Shown here in pieces: positions 7,949 through 17,234 of a stretch of DNA of 26,019 nucleotides. The notes below the pieces were generated by a model. The model was given only the letters and a program-made list of their open reading frames with translations. It was not told the origin of the DNA and searched no databases. Every line of letters starts with the position of its first letter. Positions within the stretch are counted from its first letter, which is position 1. This stretch comes from a virus (lineage: Duplodnaviria > Caudoviricetes), in IMG/VR virus record IMGVR_UViG_3300032295_001748, positions 1 through 26,019 of that record. The stretch is one strand, 5' to 3'. The translations under genes and the position numbers were made by a program.

Positions 7949-10900
7949 AACCTCCTTGAATTTCTTTTGCGATTTGATTCAATCATTGCCGTAATTGAAT
8001 TACCATCTGCTTGCAAAGTTCCATCAACTCTCACATGTGTGTTTCTATTGATTTGCACGCCTAAACTCTCTGTAGTGACCCGTAATTGTCTAAGCTCATG
8101 GATTATGTCGCCTGATTCATTTACGCTTGTCTGTGAGATTTGATGCCTATAAAATTCACGCAATGGAAGACCTGTTCTGTTCATCCATTCCAATTCATCT
8201 TTGTTTTGTTTTGTTGCCTTTGCTGTGATGACTGATTCACCTTTTGACAACCAAGCAGGAATTGAATCGCTTGTTTCTGTTCCTTCGCCTTGTAATTCAA
8301 CAACACCATCTTTGAATCCTGCTGCTGATTGTGCTGCTGCAAATAATCCATAAAGTGCAGCCGTCAAAATTGCTGTTGTTGCAATACCACCAATGCCTGT
8401 TGCAAATTCCTTTCCTGCAATATTTGCAATGTATATTGGAATCATTTTTTGCAATGCTTCAAATGCTAATTGAACTGTTGCTTTTCCAAAGTCTGCCAAG
8501 TTTGCTTTCCCTGATGCAGCTAATTGCGCAAATTGAATTGCTGCCTTTCCTGCAAAATCTTCCAATACAGATGTCCTGAATCCATATACCATTTCATCAT
8601 TGTCTGCTGCATCCTTTTGCGCTTTGTTGTAATCCATTTGCGCCTTTGCAAATTCTTCCAATGTTCCTTTGCCTTTCAATTCTTCCAATCGTTTTTTGGC
8701 ATCCGCTTCCTTTGCATCCAATGCTGCTTGTTTTGCAATTCTATCCTGTGCCTGTGTATTCAGTTTGTTCCCTTGGTCTGTCAATATTTGTGATATTGCT
8801 TTTTCACTACCAATCTTCAAATCTTTCAACAATTGGTCACCAAGATTTTCCTGAATCAATCCTGCATCAATTCTTGCTTGGTTCAATTCAGAAAGTTTCT
8901 GTTGATATTCTTCAAATGTTATTGTCCTATCAGCCAATGATTTTTCAAGGTCTGATTCCTCGGCATCCAATGCTGCTTTCTTTTCCTCTCTCAATTGTCT
9001 ATTGGCTTCCCTTTCTTCCATTAATCTACTGATGTTGAATTGTTCCATCAGTGACATTTGAAATGCAGATTGAATCCCATAAAGAATGTTTGTTTGTCTG
9101 TCGTATTCTTCCTGTAATTTCACACGCTCTTGCAAATATGCAGTTTCCAATTCATCTAATTTTGTAAAGTTCCCTGCATTTGCCTCTCTTTCCTTTTCAT
9201 ATTGAATACGCAAATCAAGTAAAGACAAATCTAGTTTTCTTTTATTAGCATCTGTTTGTCTTTCAATTGAAACACGCTCGCGTATGTTCGCTGCATCTGT
9301 TTCCAATTGCTCTTGCTTTTTTAAGTTTTCTGCAATTGTCTTTTCAATATCCTCTCTTTGCTTTTCATCACCATTGACTTTGATTGCATTCAATTCATTA
9401 TTTGCATTTGCAAAATCCGCTTTCAATTTTGCAATGGAATCACTGAACACTTTTTCATCAACAGAGAATGCGAACTTTGTTGTCAATGTTTCATCTGTTG
9501 TTTTTCGCAATGATTCAGAAGTTTCTTTCAAATTATCAAGAGTAGATTTGAAAACCTCTTTGTTTTCTGTTGCTGTTAATTTTGCAAGTGATGTATTCAG
9601 CTTATTGATTTGGTCATCAATTTCATCATAGAATTTTGCAGCATCTTTTCTTACCTTTTCAATTTCACCTTTCTTTCCTTGCAATCCTGAAATGATTTTT
9701 CCATCAGCACTAATTGTGATGTCTGCAATATCTTTGATTGATTTGAATTGCTTTCCATCATATTCAGCAATTCCACCTTTTGCATCTAATATCTTTTGAA
9801 GCCTTGCAAGTTCATCTTGGTATAAAAGTTTCTTTTGCTCGGCTGTCAATTCACCTTCTGTATTTTTATCTGCAATCTTTTGCTGTGTTTCCAATGCCTT
9901 TTCTTGATATGCCTTTTCTGCAATTATCAAATCTTGAATTGATTGCAATCTACGGTCATCTTGCTTTGGTGGTTTTGGTTTTGGTTTGTCTTTGTCATCT
10001 TTATCTTTTGTGTCTTTGTCATCAGTTTTCGCAATGACTTTTGTTTCAATTGGTGCTTCTGCTTTTTTACGGAATGTTGCCAATGCTGCATTCACCGCCT
10101 GTGTTGCTGCTGTTGATGTTGCCGTGATATTATCAACACCACTTTTGTTTAATCTTTCAAGAAATGCTGCCTGTGCATCCTGCACTTCCTTTTCATTCTT
10201 TGCATTGTAGAGTTTGTTTGCAAAATCAGTGACATCAATCTTTGCTTCACTTGACAAAGTTTGGATTGCAAGATTTCGTTTTTCATATGCAATCAACCGC
10301 GCTGTTTTTGAGAATGCCTCTTCCAATTTATCATTCTCATTTTTCAATCTTCCAAGTTCAGCCGTTGTTGCTTTTCCAACTTCTTCCACACCTTTCAAAT
10401 TCTCTTTGTAGGATTTTGTCTGGTCAATCAACTTTGGATATTTCTTGTCAAGTTCAGATTGAATTTCCTGCAATCGCTTTTGTTCCTTTGCACTCAATTC
10501 AGATTTGCTTGCAAGTTCCTTGAATTCATTGACAAGTTTTTGTGTTTGGAATTCCCCTTGTTGCTGCTCCTTATTCAACTTCATTTGCTCTTCAATCACT
10601 GCCTTTTGTGATTCAGCATTTTCTAAGTTTTCTTCCGTGCTTGTATTCATAGCATCAGCCAATGCAACAATACCAATTGCAGCCAATGCAACACCTGATG
10701 CAATCAAGAAAACAGGGTTGACCAATAATGCTGCTGTCCATGCAATTGTTGCCGTTGTTGCTGAGCCTATTCCAAGAGTTAATGCACCAAATGCAGGTGA
10801 TGCAACATAAGCAGCAACACCAACCGCTGCAAGTCCAATTGCAATTGGTGAAAGGTATGTTGCTATTGTAGCAAAATTATCAAATACAAATTTCACAACA

Positions 10901-12045
10901 GGTGTCAATGCTTGGAATGCTTTAATCAATCCGACTTCAATTGCTGCTTTTACTTTGTCCAATCTTTGCGCCAATGTGTCCTGATTGATTGCTGCTTGTG
11001 TGACCGCTTCTGTTGTGCCTGTTACCTGTTCAGTGAATGATTTGATTGTGTCAACTTGATCCAACAAAATGCCTGCTGCTGATGCATTTTCTGCACCAAA
11101 CAATTTTCCCGCTGCTGCTGCCTTTTCCGCTGGGTTTGTAATCTTGTCCAATCCACCTTTCAACATTTCCAATGCTGCTGCAAGGCCACCACCATCTTCT
11201 GCTGATGTTGTCAAAGTGTTTCCAAGTTTCTCATATGACAAACCAACTGATTCCAAAACCTTTTTTTGTTCACCACCACCATCAATCAATTTGCCAATAA
11301 CATTACGCAATGCAACACCCGCTTCACTTCCAACCTTTCCACCAACTGCCAATCCTTGAATTGCAGCATTTGTTTCTTCGAATGAAAGTCCTGCACCTTT
11401 TGCAGCAACACCCGCTTGCAAAATCGCTTCACTCACTTGTGGAATTTCCGCTGCACCTGCTTTTGCGGATGCTGCCAAAACATTGATGAATCTTCCTGAT
11501 TCAGATGCTAATTTTGCAGGGTCTGATGCATCAACACCAAATTGCAACATGGATGCAGACAATGCATCAACAGATGCCTTTGCATCCAAGCCCGCTGCCT
11601 TTCCAAGAATGTTCACTGATTCGGCAACCGTTCCTAATGCCTCTGGCGTCTTTGCCAAGTCTGCACCAAACTTTGACAAAACCGTTCCAAACATCTCCAC
11701 TTGTGTTGTTGCACTTCCACCAAATTTCAATGCCAAGTCCTGTGCCCTTGTGCCCAAATCATTCAACCCCTCACCTGTTGCACCTGTGATTGCAGAAACG
11801 GATTGCAATGCTGTTTCAAAATTAGCACCCGCTTCAACCGCTGCTGTCACACCCTCTTGCAAAACACCTGCAATTTGTCCACCAACATTTGCAAGAACAC
11901 CACCTGCAAATGCACCTTTGAACACATCACTAAATTTTGATTGCGCTTCCTGTGCTGCATCACTTGATTTGGAAATAATTTCTTGAAATCCTTTGTCTGC
12001 ATCAGAAGAATCAACACCAACTTTTAAGGTTATATCATTTGCCAT
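7945..12045 (-). CDS. tail tape measure protein (TP901-like core)
   Basis: 1366 aa. Ala/Gly-rich core (FETALQSVSAITGATG, GSEAGVALRNV, KLFGAEN), hydrophobic segments, long coiled coils and a C-terminal GFKDG...SDSIPAWLSKGESV motif. Confidence 0.93.
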   Translation of the reverse strand: MANDITLKVGVDSSDADKGFQEIISKSSDAAQEAQSKFSDVFKGAFAGGVLANVGGQIAGVLQEGVTAAVEAGANFETALQSVSAITGATGEGLNDLGTRAQDLALKFGGSATTQVEMFGTVLSKFGADLAKTPEALGTVAESVNILGKAAGLDAKASVDALSASMLQFGVDASDPAKLASESGRFINVLAASAKAGAAEIPQVSEAILQAGVAAKGAGLSFEETNAAIQGLAVGGKVGSEAGVALRNVIGKLIDGGGEQKKVLESVGLSYEKLGNTLTTSAEDGGGLAAALEMLKGGLDKITNPAEKAAAAGKLFGAENASAAGILLDQVDTIKSFTEQVTGTTEAVTQAAINQDTLAQRLDKVKAAIEVGLIKAFQALTPVVKFVFDNFATIATYLSPIAIGLAAVGVAAYVASPAFGALTLGIGSATTATIAWTAALLVNPVFLIASGVALAAIGIVALADAMNTSTEENLENAESQKAVIEEQMKLNKEQQQGEFQTQKLVNEFKELASKSELSAKEQKRLQEIQSELDKKYPKLIDQTKSYKENLKGVEEVGKATTAELGRLKNENDKLEEAFSKTARLIAYEKRNLAIQTLSSEAKIDVTDFANKLYNAKNEKEVQDAQAAFLERLNKSGVDNITATSTAATQAVNAALATFRKKAEAPIETKVIAKTDDKDTKDKDDKDKPKPKPPKQDDRRLQSIQDLIIAEKAYQEKALETQQKIADKNTEGELTAEQKKLLYQDELARLQKILDAKGGIAEYDGKQFKSIKDIADITISADGKIISGLQGKKGEIEKVRKDAAKFYDEIDDQINKLNTSLAKLTATENKEVFKSTLDNLKETSESLRKTTDETLTTKFAFSVDEKVFSDSIAKLKADFANANNELNAIKVNGDEKQREDIEKTIAENLKKQEQLETDAANIRERVSIERQTDANKRKLDLSLLDLRIQYEKEREANAGNFTKLDELETAYLQERVKLQEEYDRQTNILYGIQSAFQMSLMEQFNISRLMEEREANRQLREEKKAALDAEESDLEKSLADRTITFEEYQQKLSELNQARIDAGLIQENLGDQLLKDLKIGSEKAISQILTDQGNKLNTQAQDRIAKQAALDAKEADAKKRLEELKGKGTLEEFAKAQMDYNKAQKDAADNDEMVYGFRTSVLEDFAGKAAIQFAQLAASGKANLADFGKATVQLAFEALQKMIPIYIANIAGKEFATGIGGIATTAILTAALYGLFAAAQSAAGFKDGVVELQGEGTETSDSIPAWLSKGESVITAKATKQNKDELEWMNRTGLPLREFYRHQISQTSVNESGDIIHELRQLRVTTESLGVQINRNTHVRVDGTLQADGNSITAMIESNRKRNSRRF

Positions 12046-12049
12046 TTAT

Positions 12050-12334
12050 CTATCCTTTGTGATTGCGTTCTTTGTGGTATGTCAAGTTCATTGCATAAAC
12101 TTTGAACATTTCAAGTCTTGAAATATTATTCCATAAGTGATGGAATTCAGATGCACTGCCATTTGCAATGTTTCTAAAAACAAAATATTCATCCATGATT
12201 GATTCATCCAAATATCTCATTGCCAATGGTTCATCATCCTGCACAAATCTATCATCATCAGGATCATTGAACACAACCCATTCATTCAACATTTCATGGA
12301 TTTGTCTTGATTCTACCCAATACATTTTGACGAA
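12050..12334 (-). CDS. tail assembly chaperone C-terminal extension (gpT analogue), probably made by +1 frameshift
   Basis: Overlaps the end of the upstream chaperone in the +1 frame. The frame is open from TTC at 12334 through ATG 12325, and the ORF lies immediately before the tape measure. Confidence 0.7.
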   Translation of the reverse strand, partial: FVKMYWVESRQIHEMLNEWVVFNDPDDDRFVQDDEPLAMRYLDESIMDEYFVFRNIANGSASEFHHLWNNISRLEMFKVYAMNLTYHKERNHKG

Positions 12335-12794
12335 AAAATTTGAGTTCCTCCAATATGGAATTCAAATCCTGTTCCTGCCAAAATTCAGAATCAATATCAC
12401 TATCAATTGCATTCAACAATTCCTGATTTGTTATTGTCTTTTTGTCAATACAAATCTTTGCCATTTTGAATATGATTCCAATGGTTGATTCATTCAATGA
12501 AATATGTTCAAAGATATTTTCCCGAACCATCAGCAAAGTTTCTGCAATGACTTCCTGTAATCTGAAATCATCCTTTAATGCATCCCATGCATTTGCACCC
12601 TGCAACAAATTCAATTTGCCTGTGAAATAAGAATCACCTAACATCTTTTTTTGCAATTGTGATTCATATGCTTTCCGTGCGCCTTCGCTTGTTTCCAATT
12701 CAGAAAGTAATGGTGTGACTTCATTGTATAGTTTCTGTGAAAGGATTTTATGCAATTGCACTTTATGTTCTTTGCCACCCAAATAAATATTCAT
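12294..12794 (-). CDS. tail assembly chaperone (gpG analogue)
   Basis: Lies between the tail tube and tape measure genes. Start ATG 12794 with GAGG RBS; ends ...ELKFFRQNVLGRIKTNP. Confidence 0.75.
   Translation of the reverse strand: MNIYLGGKEHKVQLHKILSQKLYNEVTPLLSELETSEGARKAYESQLQKKMLGDSYFTGKLNLLQGANAWDALKDDFRLQEVIAETLLMVRENIFEHISLNESTIGIIFKMAKICIDKKTITNQELLNAIDSDIDSEFWQEQDLNSILEELKFFRQNVLGRIKTNP
12330..12341 (-). other. putative programmed +1 frameshift site AAA TTT TTT CGT
   Basis: tRNA-Phe can re-pair from TTT to TTC, entering the frame of 12050..12325. Confidence 0.65.
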
Positions 12795-12819
12795 ATATGC
12801 CTCATAAATTGATTCTAAG

Positions 12820-12859
12820 CAATGAAAATAGTGGGCATGACACAATTTATGCCATGCCC
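12820..12859 (-). terminator. hairpin terminator/attenuator after the tail tube gene
   Basis: Minus strand GGGCATGGCATA-AAT-TGTGTCATGCCC with G.U pairs, followed by ACTATTTTCATT. Confidence 0.65.
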
Positions 12860-12868
12860 TTGTTTTGT

Positions 12869-13435
12869 TTAATTACCGACACCTGTGAGCCATATTTCAA
12901 CATATCCCTTATCAGCAGGAATTGTGACATATGTTGCCAACGTTACCAATGATGAACGGAATGCTGTCACAGGAACAGTCACAACCGCATCATTATTTAC
13001 AATTTCACCACCAACTTTTGGTTTTGTGTATTTACCTGATTCCATGTCAAATGCACCAACATCCTGTGCCAATTTGCATAGCATGATAACTACCTTGCGT
13101 TTGCCTTGGTGTGATGGATTTGTGCCTGCATATTTTGAACCATAGGTAATTTTACCAAGTGTTTGTGATGCTGCTGTTGCAGAATTGAATTTCACACCAT
13201 CCTCATATTCACCTGAATCAGATGCTGCTTGTGTCTGTGGTGCATAATCTGTCAAGAATGTTGTCAAATCTGGATCATCTTCATTCTGATCAATTGTGAA
13301 ATTTGTTCTTGTCACTGATGTCTTGATTTTCTTTGTCAAAGAAATCAATGGTGTTGTTGTTGTCGCGAATAATGGCACACCGTTTGATTCAAACGCTGTG
13401 AAAAAATCCGTGACATTTGCGCCTCCAATTAGCAT
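12869..13435 (-). CDS. major tail (tube) protein candidate
   Basis: 188 aa, Thr-rich and beta-rich, followed by a hairpin and the chaperones; AAGGA RBS; assigned by synteny. Confidence 0.65.
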   Translation of the reverse strand: MLIGGANVTDFFTAFESNGVPLFATTTTPLISLTKKIKTSVTRTNFTIDQNEDDPDLTTFLTDYAPQTQAASDSGEYEDGVKFNSATAASQTLGKITYGSKYAGTNPSHQGKRKVVIMLCKLAQDVGAFDMESGKYTKPKVGGEIVNNDAVVTVPVTAFRSSLVTLATYVTIPADKGYVEIWLTGVGN

Positions 13436-13439
13436 AGTT

Positions 13440-14126
13440 TTATTCCTTAACTCTTAGTGTTGAAAAAGTCTTGATTAAATAATTCCAAGCCCGCTTGCTT
13501 GGTTTCCGTATATATTCTCGAATCAGCAATTTTCCGTTTCTTGTGCCTTTGTCTTCAAAGCCTTCATCATCAATTTTATATCCATCATGAATCAGGACAA
13601 TATCAGTGTCAACAAAAGCTGTCGTTTCATTGTGTGATGTCAAAGCCTCATGACAAATGCCTTCCCAAAACAATCCTGAATTGCGTTTGTGCAATCTTCC
13701 TGCGTGAAGTGAATAACGCTCCCTAACTTTGTCTTCATCACTTGTTTCATACATCAGTCCTGAAATTGTAATCCAACCACCAACCGCGCCCGCTTCATCT
13801 ATTGCCTGAATTTCTGCAATGGCATCTTCTGGGAATGTTCCCAAATATTCATCAGAATCAATATGCAAACACCAAGTGCCTGATGCCAATTCATCCATCT
13901 TGTTTCTGATTTGTGCAAAGTCAAAGTCAATGCCATAATCTTTGTAATAGTAATGAATAGAAACAATGCTTGGTGTGTTCGCAATGACTTCAAATTGATT
14001 TTCATATTCATCCTTCTGTTCAACTGCGCATGATACAATTTGTGTTCCTTTTGGCAATCTTGAAATCAGTCTTGATAGGTTTGCTTTCTTTGGATGAATG
14101 ATGCAAACTGATAGTAAATTATTCAT
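13440..14126 (-). CDS. glycosyltransferase, GT-A fold, family 2-like
   Basis: Motifs LSVCII, FDFAQIRN, WCLHIDSDE (DxD), FWEGICHE and LIHDGY occur in the order seen in SunS-like/TPR-associated GT2 enzymes. Confidence 0.85.
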   Translation of the reverse strand: MNNLLSVCIIHPKKANLSRLISRLPKGTQIVSCAVEQKDEYENQFEVIANTPSIVSIHYYYKDYGIDFDFAQIRNKMDELASGTWCLHIDSDEYLGTFPEDAIAEIQAIDEAGAVGGWITISGLMYETSDEDKVRERYSLHAGRLHKRNSGLFWEGICHEALTSHNETTAFVDTDIVLIHDGYKIDDEGFEDKGTRNGKLLIREYIRKPSKRAWNYLIKTFSTLRVKE

Positions 14127-14584
14127 GATATTCTTGTGTAAAAAATGCGAAAAGTCATCAATGTCAATCCCTTTGTTTCATCATCTGAATATGTAATTGG
14201 TTCACTAGAAATATAGTGAACAGGTGAAAAGGTTGTTGTCTCATAATCTGATTTGTAGAATTCAATCCGCAAATCTTGCAATGCATATTCCACACGCTCT
14301 GCCAATTCTTGCATGGCATGTCGTAGTTTTCCTGCACCAAGTGTTGGTGTCTTTTTCACTGAATTCCCTAACAGAATGAACAAATCAACTTTGCCCAAAT
14401 CGGCAACCGCTGACATGTCTTCCATTGACTCTGTGAATCTTTCATCCGTTGAACCATATATGCCTACATAATCAAATTGATATGTTTCATATTTGTTAAG
14501 CAATATTTGTTCATATACTCGGACACCCGACATCATGCCAAGTTTTTCAATGATTGCATCTGTGATATGTTTTTCTCTTGACAT
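14123..14584 (-). CDS. tail terminator/completion protein candidate
   Basis: 153 aa, begins MSREKHITDAIIEKL, acidic, ends MTFRIFY; gpU-like size and position. Confidence 0.6.
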   Translation of the reverse strand: MSREKHITDAIIEKLGMMSGVRVYEQILLNKYETYQFDYVGIYGSTDERFTESMEDMSAVADLGKVDLFILLGNSVKKTPTLGAGKLRHAMQELAERVEYALQDLRIEFYKSDYETTTFSPVHYISSEPITYSDDETKGLTLMTFRIFYTRIS

Positions 14585-14587
14585 ATA

Positions 14588-15193
14588 TCAATCCCGTGTT
14601 CTGTTTTGCATTTCTTGTAATTGCTGAACAATTGCATTTTTGATTTGTTGTGTGAATCTTTCCTTGACATTTGAATTGAAATCATCAATTGCATTTTGCC
14701 AATATGGTCTTGCTTTAATATCAACACCGCCTTTCTGTTCAACTGATAATGCAATCCTTTTGAAAAATGGTGCTTTTGTTTTGTAATATTTGTACCAAAA
14801 GAATTGCGCCATCTTGGTTGTTTCCTTTTTCATCTTCCGACCGCTTTTGCTTTTGATGACAGTCAATGGCGTTCCTTTGATGAATCCACCAAATTCATGA
14901 ATTGCAGCATAGACAACTTTGCTTCCATATTCCAATTCAAATTTGTTTCCGCTTTGTTTTGCCTTGTAAATATTTTTTGCATTGTTCTTGATGAATGATT
15001 GAAACAACTTTCCACTTGATTTGTACAAAACATCACCTGTATTGAAAACAGGTGCAGCGGATGATGCACCGCCTGTTGCACCTTGATCCTTCATAAACTT
15101 TGCAATTGATATTTGCATGAAGACAGGGAATTGTTGCATCTGATCTGCAATGACAGGTCTGATGACATTCATCACTTGTGTTGTTGTAAACAT
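14588..15193 (-). CDS. virion morphogenesis/neck protein (Mu gpG / P2 gpS-like)
   Basis: Motifs SGKLFQS, YGSKVVYAAIHEFGG and IKARPYW. Confidence 0.8.
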   Translation of the reverse strand: MFTTTQVMNVIRPVIADQMQQFPVFMQISIAKFMKDQGATGGASSAAPVFNTGDVLYKSSGKLFQSFIKNNAKNIYKAKQSGNKFELEYGSKVVYAAIHEFGGFIKGTPLTVIKSKSGRKMKKETTKMAQFFWYKYYKTKAPFFKRIALSVEQKGGVDIKARPYWQNAIDDFNSNVKERFTQQIKNAIVQQLQEMQNRTRD

Positions 15194-15820
15194 TTACACC
15201 ACCGCAATTCTATATTTGTCAAAGAATCTTTGCCATTTCAAATCTTGCAAAATACTTGCATTCACATTTTGACCTGCACCACCTGTTGAAACAGAACCAA
15301 GCCCAAACCAATTACCACCATTTGCGCTTTGCTTGTATATCCATGATGACATTTCAACAATGCCTTGAATAACTGTATTGGGTAAATTGGCATCGCTCCA
15401 CCCTGTTGAAAGTGTTGCACGAAATTGCCCGCTGTTGATATTCCTGAATATCACAAAGTTCAATCCATTATCAACTGATGTTGTGAAATTTCCTGCACTC
15501 ACATTTGCATAGTTTCCGAATTCATCAACACGCCACTGAAAAGCCGTCACAGATGTGTTTGCATTGAAAGGGATATATTTCCACCTGTGTTCACTTTCCA
15601 AGCCGTGACGGGCTTGCGAATAGTTAAAAACATAGTTCACAACAGATGCCCTGAGAGGCTGATTGCAATAGCCTTCAGCCTCATCAAAGCATATGTCAAA
15701 TAGATCATCGAACCATTCATATAAAACGGCATCCTCTGCAGATTGATCACCTGCCAATTCAAGATTGTTGAATTGAAAAAATGCCTGTTGAATCCGAGGG
15801 TATGCCGTTGTATAACTCAT
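15194..15820 (-). CDS. head-tail connector/adaptor (HK97 gp6-like)
   Basis: EAEGYCNQPL, TGWSDANLPNTVIQGIVEM and a C-terminal FDKYR; follows the capsid gene. Confidence 0.75.
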   Translation of the reverse strand: MSYTTAYPRIQQAFFQFNNLELAGDQSAEDAVLYEWFDDLFDICFDEAEGYCNQPLRASVVNYVFNYSQARHGLESEHRWKYIPFNANTSVTAFQWRVDEFGNYANVSAGNFTTSVDNGLNFVIFRNINSGQFRATLSTGWSDANLPNTVIQGIVEMSSWIYKQSANGGNWFGLGSVSTGGAGQNVNASILQDLKWQRFFDKYRIAVV

Positions 15821-15999
15821 TTTTTGAATGCCTTTGGTTCTGATGATTTTTTAGAAATTACGGATGCAGGTTTTTCGCCTGCATCCTCTTTTGTTACATG
15901 TCCACTTGCATGAAGTTTTTCAAATTCAAAATCTTTCAATTGTGTAATTCTTCCAACTTCCAAACCTGCAAATGATTTCAATACAATTGCATCAATCAT
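15817..15999 (-). CDS. small head-associated protein
   Basis: 60 aa directly after the capsid gene, with a basic tail; AGGTG RBS; ATGA overlap with the connector. Confidence 0.65.
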   Translation of the reverse strand: MIDAIVLKSFAGLEVGRITQLKDFEFEKLHASGHVTKEDAGEKPASVISKKSSEPKAFKK

Positions 16000-16010
16000 G
16001 ATTCACCTAA

Positions 16011-17234
16011 TTAAGTAGTTGATGTTTTCAACACACCGATTGCAGATGGTGCAGGGAATGCAATTCCAATTGATTCACTTACCATGATTCCGCGTTGTGA
16101 TGTTCCACCCAAACCTGTTGCTGCAAAATATTCCTTGTATTCATCAACCGCTACATCCTCACGAATGCCGAGAATTGAATATTGTGAAAAGTCTGCATAA
16201 ACTGCCGATGCTGTGTTTGCTGCTGATGATGGGAAAAGAGAATCAGGAACAACATGCATAGGTCTGCCTGTTGGTGTTACATAGGTATTGTTTTCAAGTG
16301 CAGTCAATCCAATTGAATTCACTTCCATTGGTCTAATCATGTCCCAAATTGGTCTGCCATTCACACCGTCTGTTTCTTTCAAGAGATGTCCAAATACAGA
16401 TTGTGGAACAACAAAAACACCATTTGCACCAACGGATGAATTTACACCCAAGCGAAGATTGATAAGATCTTTCCATGAGATTTCTGCAAATGTATCTTTG
16501 CCTGAATTATTTGCACCGCCTTGTCTAATTACGGATGTTCCTGACAATACCAAGCACCCTGTGAATTCAGGCGCATTTCCTGTGCCTTTGAAGAATTGCT
16601 TGTCTTCTGCTTCGGCAACTGCCTGCGCTAGACCTTGGATTGTATAATCAAGAAAAGCAGGTGTTGCATCTCTCAATTGTTCATCAGTTACAATACATCC
16701 ACCAACAATTTTCTTTGCTGTCAATGCTGTTCCTGTATAGAAACTTGTGCTGTCTGTCAATGTGAGGGATGAACCTTCTGCCACAACCGCTGCACTGAAT
16801 GCACCTGATGATGTGATGTTTTCGATTTTGCCACGCATTGGATAAATTTTTGCAAGTGCTCTTGCATATCCAAATCTATCAGCAAAAGACATAATGTCTT
16901 CCACCCAAAATTGTGGAACTGCAAAACCACCTTGTGAATTTGTGCCTGTGTTGAAATCAGCTCTTGTGATATATCTTTCATTTGCACGATTTGCAATGTC
17001 TTCTGCCACACCAATTTTACCTTTGGTGATTGCTGTAATATAATCAGCAACAATGCGAGCTTGATCGCGCTTGGAATCGTGCTCTGCTTTGACTTTCACA
17101 AAACCTGATTGTGGAATATTTGTAGGATTCATTCCACGCAATTTTTCTTGCGCTAATTCATTTGCTTTAGTTTCAACAACCTTTTGCAAATCTTCTTTTG
17201 TTGTTGTTATGATGTTATTATTCATCTTATTCAT
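16011..17234 (-). CDS. major capsid protein, HK97 fold
   Basis: GGFAVPQFW, VAEG, LTAKKI, AEAEDKQFFKGTG, DGVNGRPIW, GRPMHV and YADFSQY. Possible starts are 17240, 17234 (ATGA overlap) and 17225. Confidence 0.93.
   Translation of the reverse strand: MNKMNNNIITTTKEDLQKVVETKANELAQEKLRGMNPTNIPQSGFVKVKAEHDSKRDQARIVADYITAITKGKIGVAEDIANRANERYITRADFNTGTNSQGGFAVPQFWVEDIMSFADRFGYARALAKIYPMRGKIENITSSGAFSAAVVAEGSSLTLTDSTSFYTGTALTAKKIVGGCIVTDEQLRDATPAFLDYTIQGLAQAVAEAEDKQFFKGTGNAPEFTGCLVLSGTSVIRQGGANNSGKDTFAEISWKDLINLRLGVNSSVGANGVFVVPQSVFGHLLKETDGVNGRPIWDMIRPMEVNSIGLTALENNTYVTPTGRPMHVVPDSLFPSSAANTASAVYADFSQYSILGIREDVAVDEYKEYFAATGLGGTSQRGIMVSESIGIAFPAPSAIGVLKTSTT

Noticed and set aside
9950-10030. KD/KP low-complexity repeat in the tape measure gene
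   Set aside because: It is an in-frame linker common in tape measure proteins, with no sign of a contingency locus.
12795-12845. ORF-track N-terminal extensions (also at 1510, 2627, 7479, 18601, 23595, 25124)
   Set aside because: Downstream ATGs have RBSs or ATGA coupling, while the extensions overlap neighbouring genes or hairpins.
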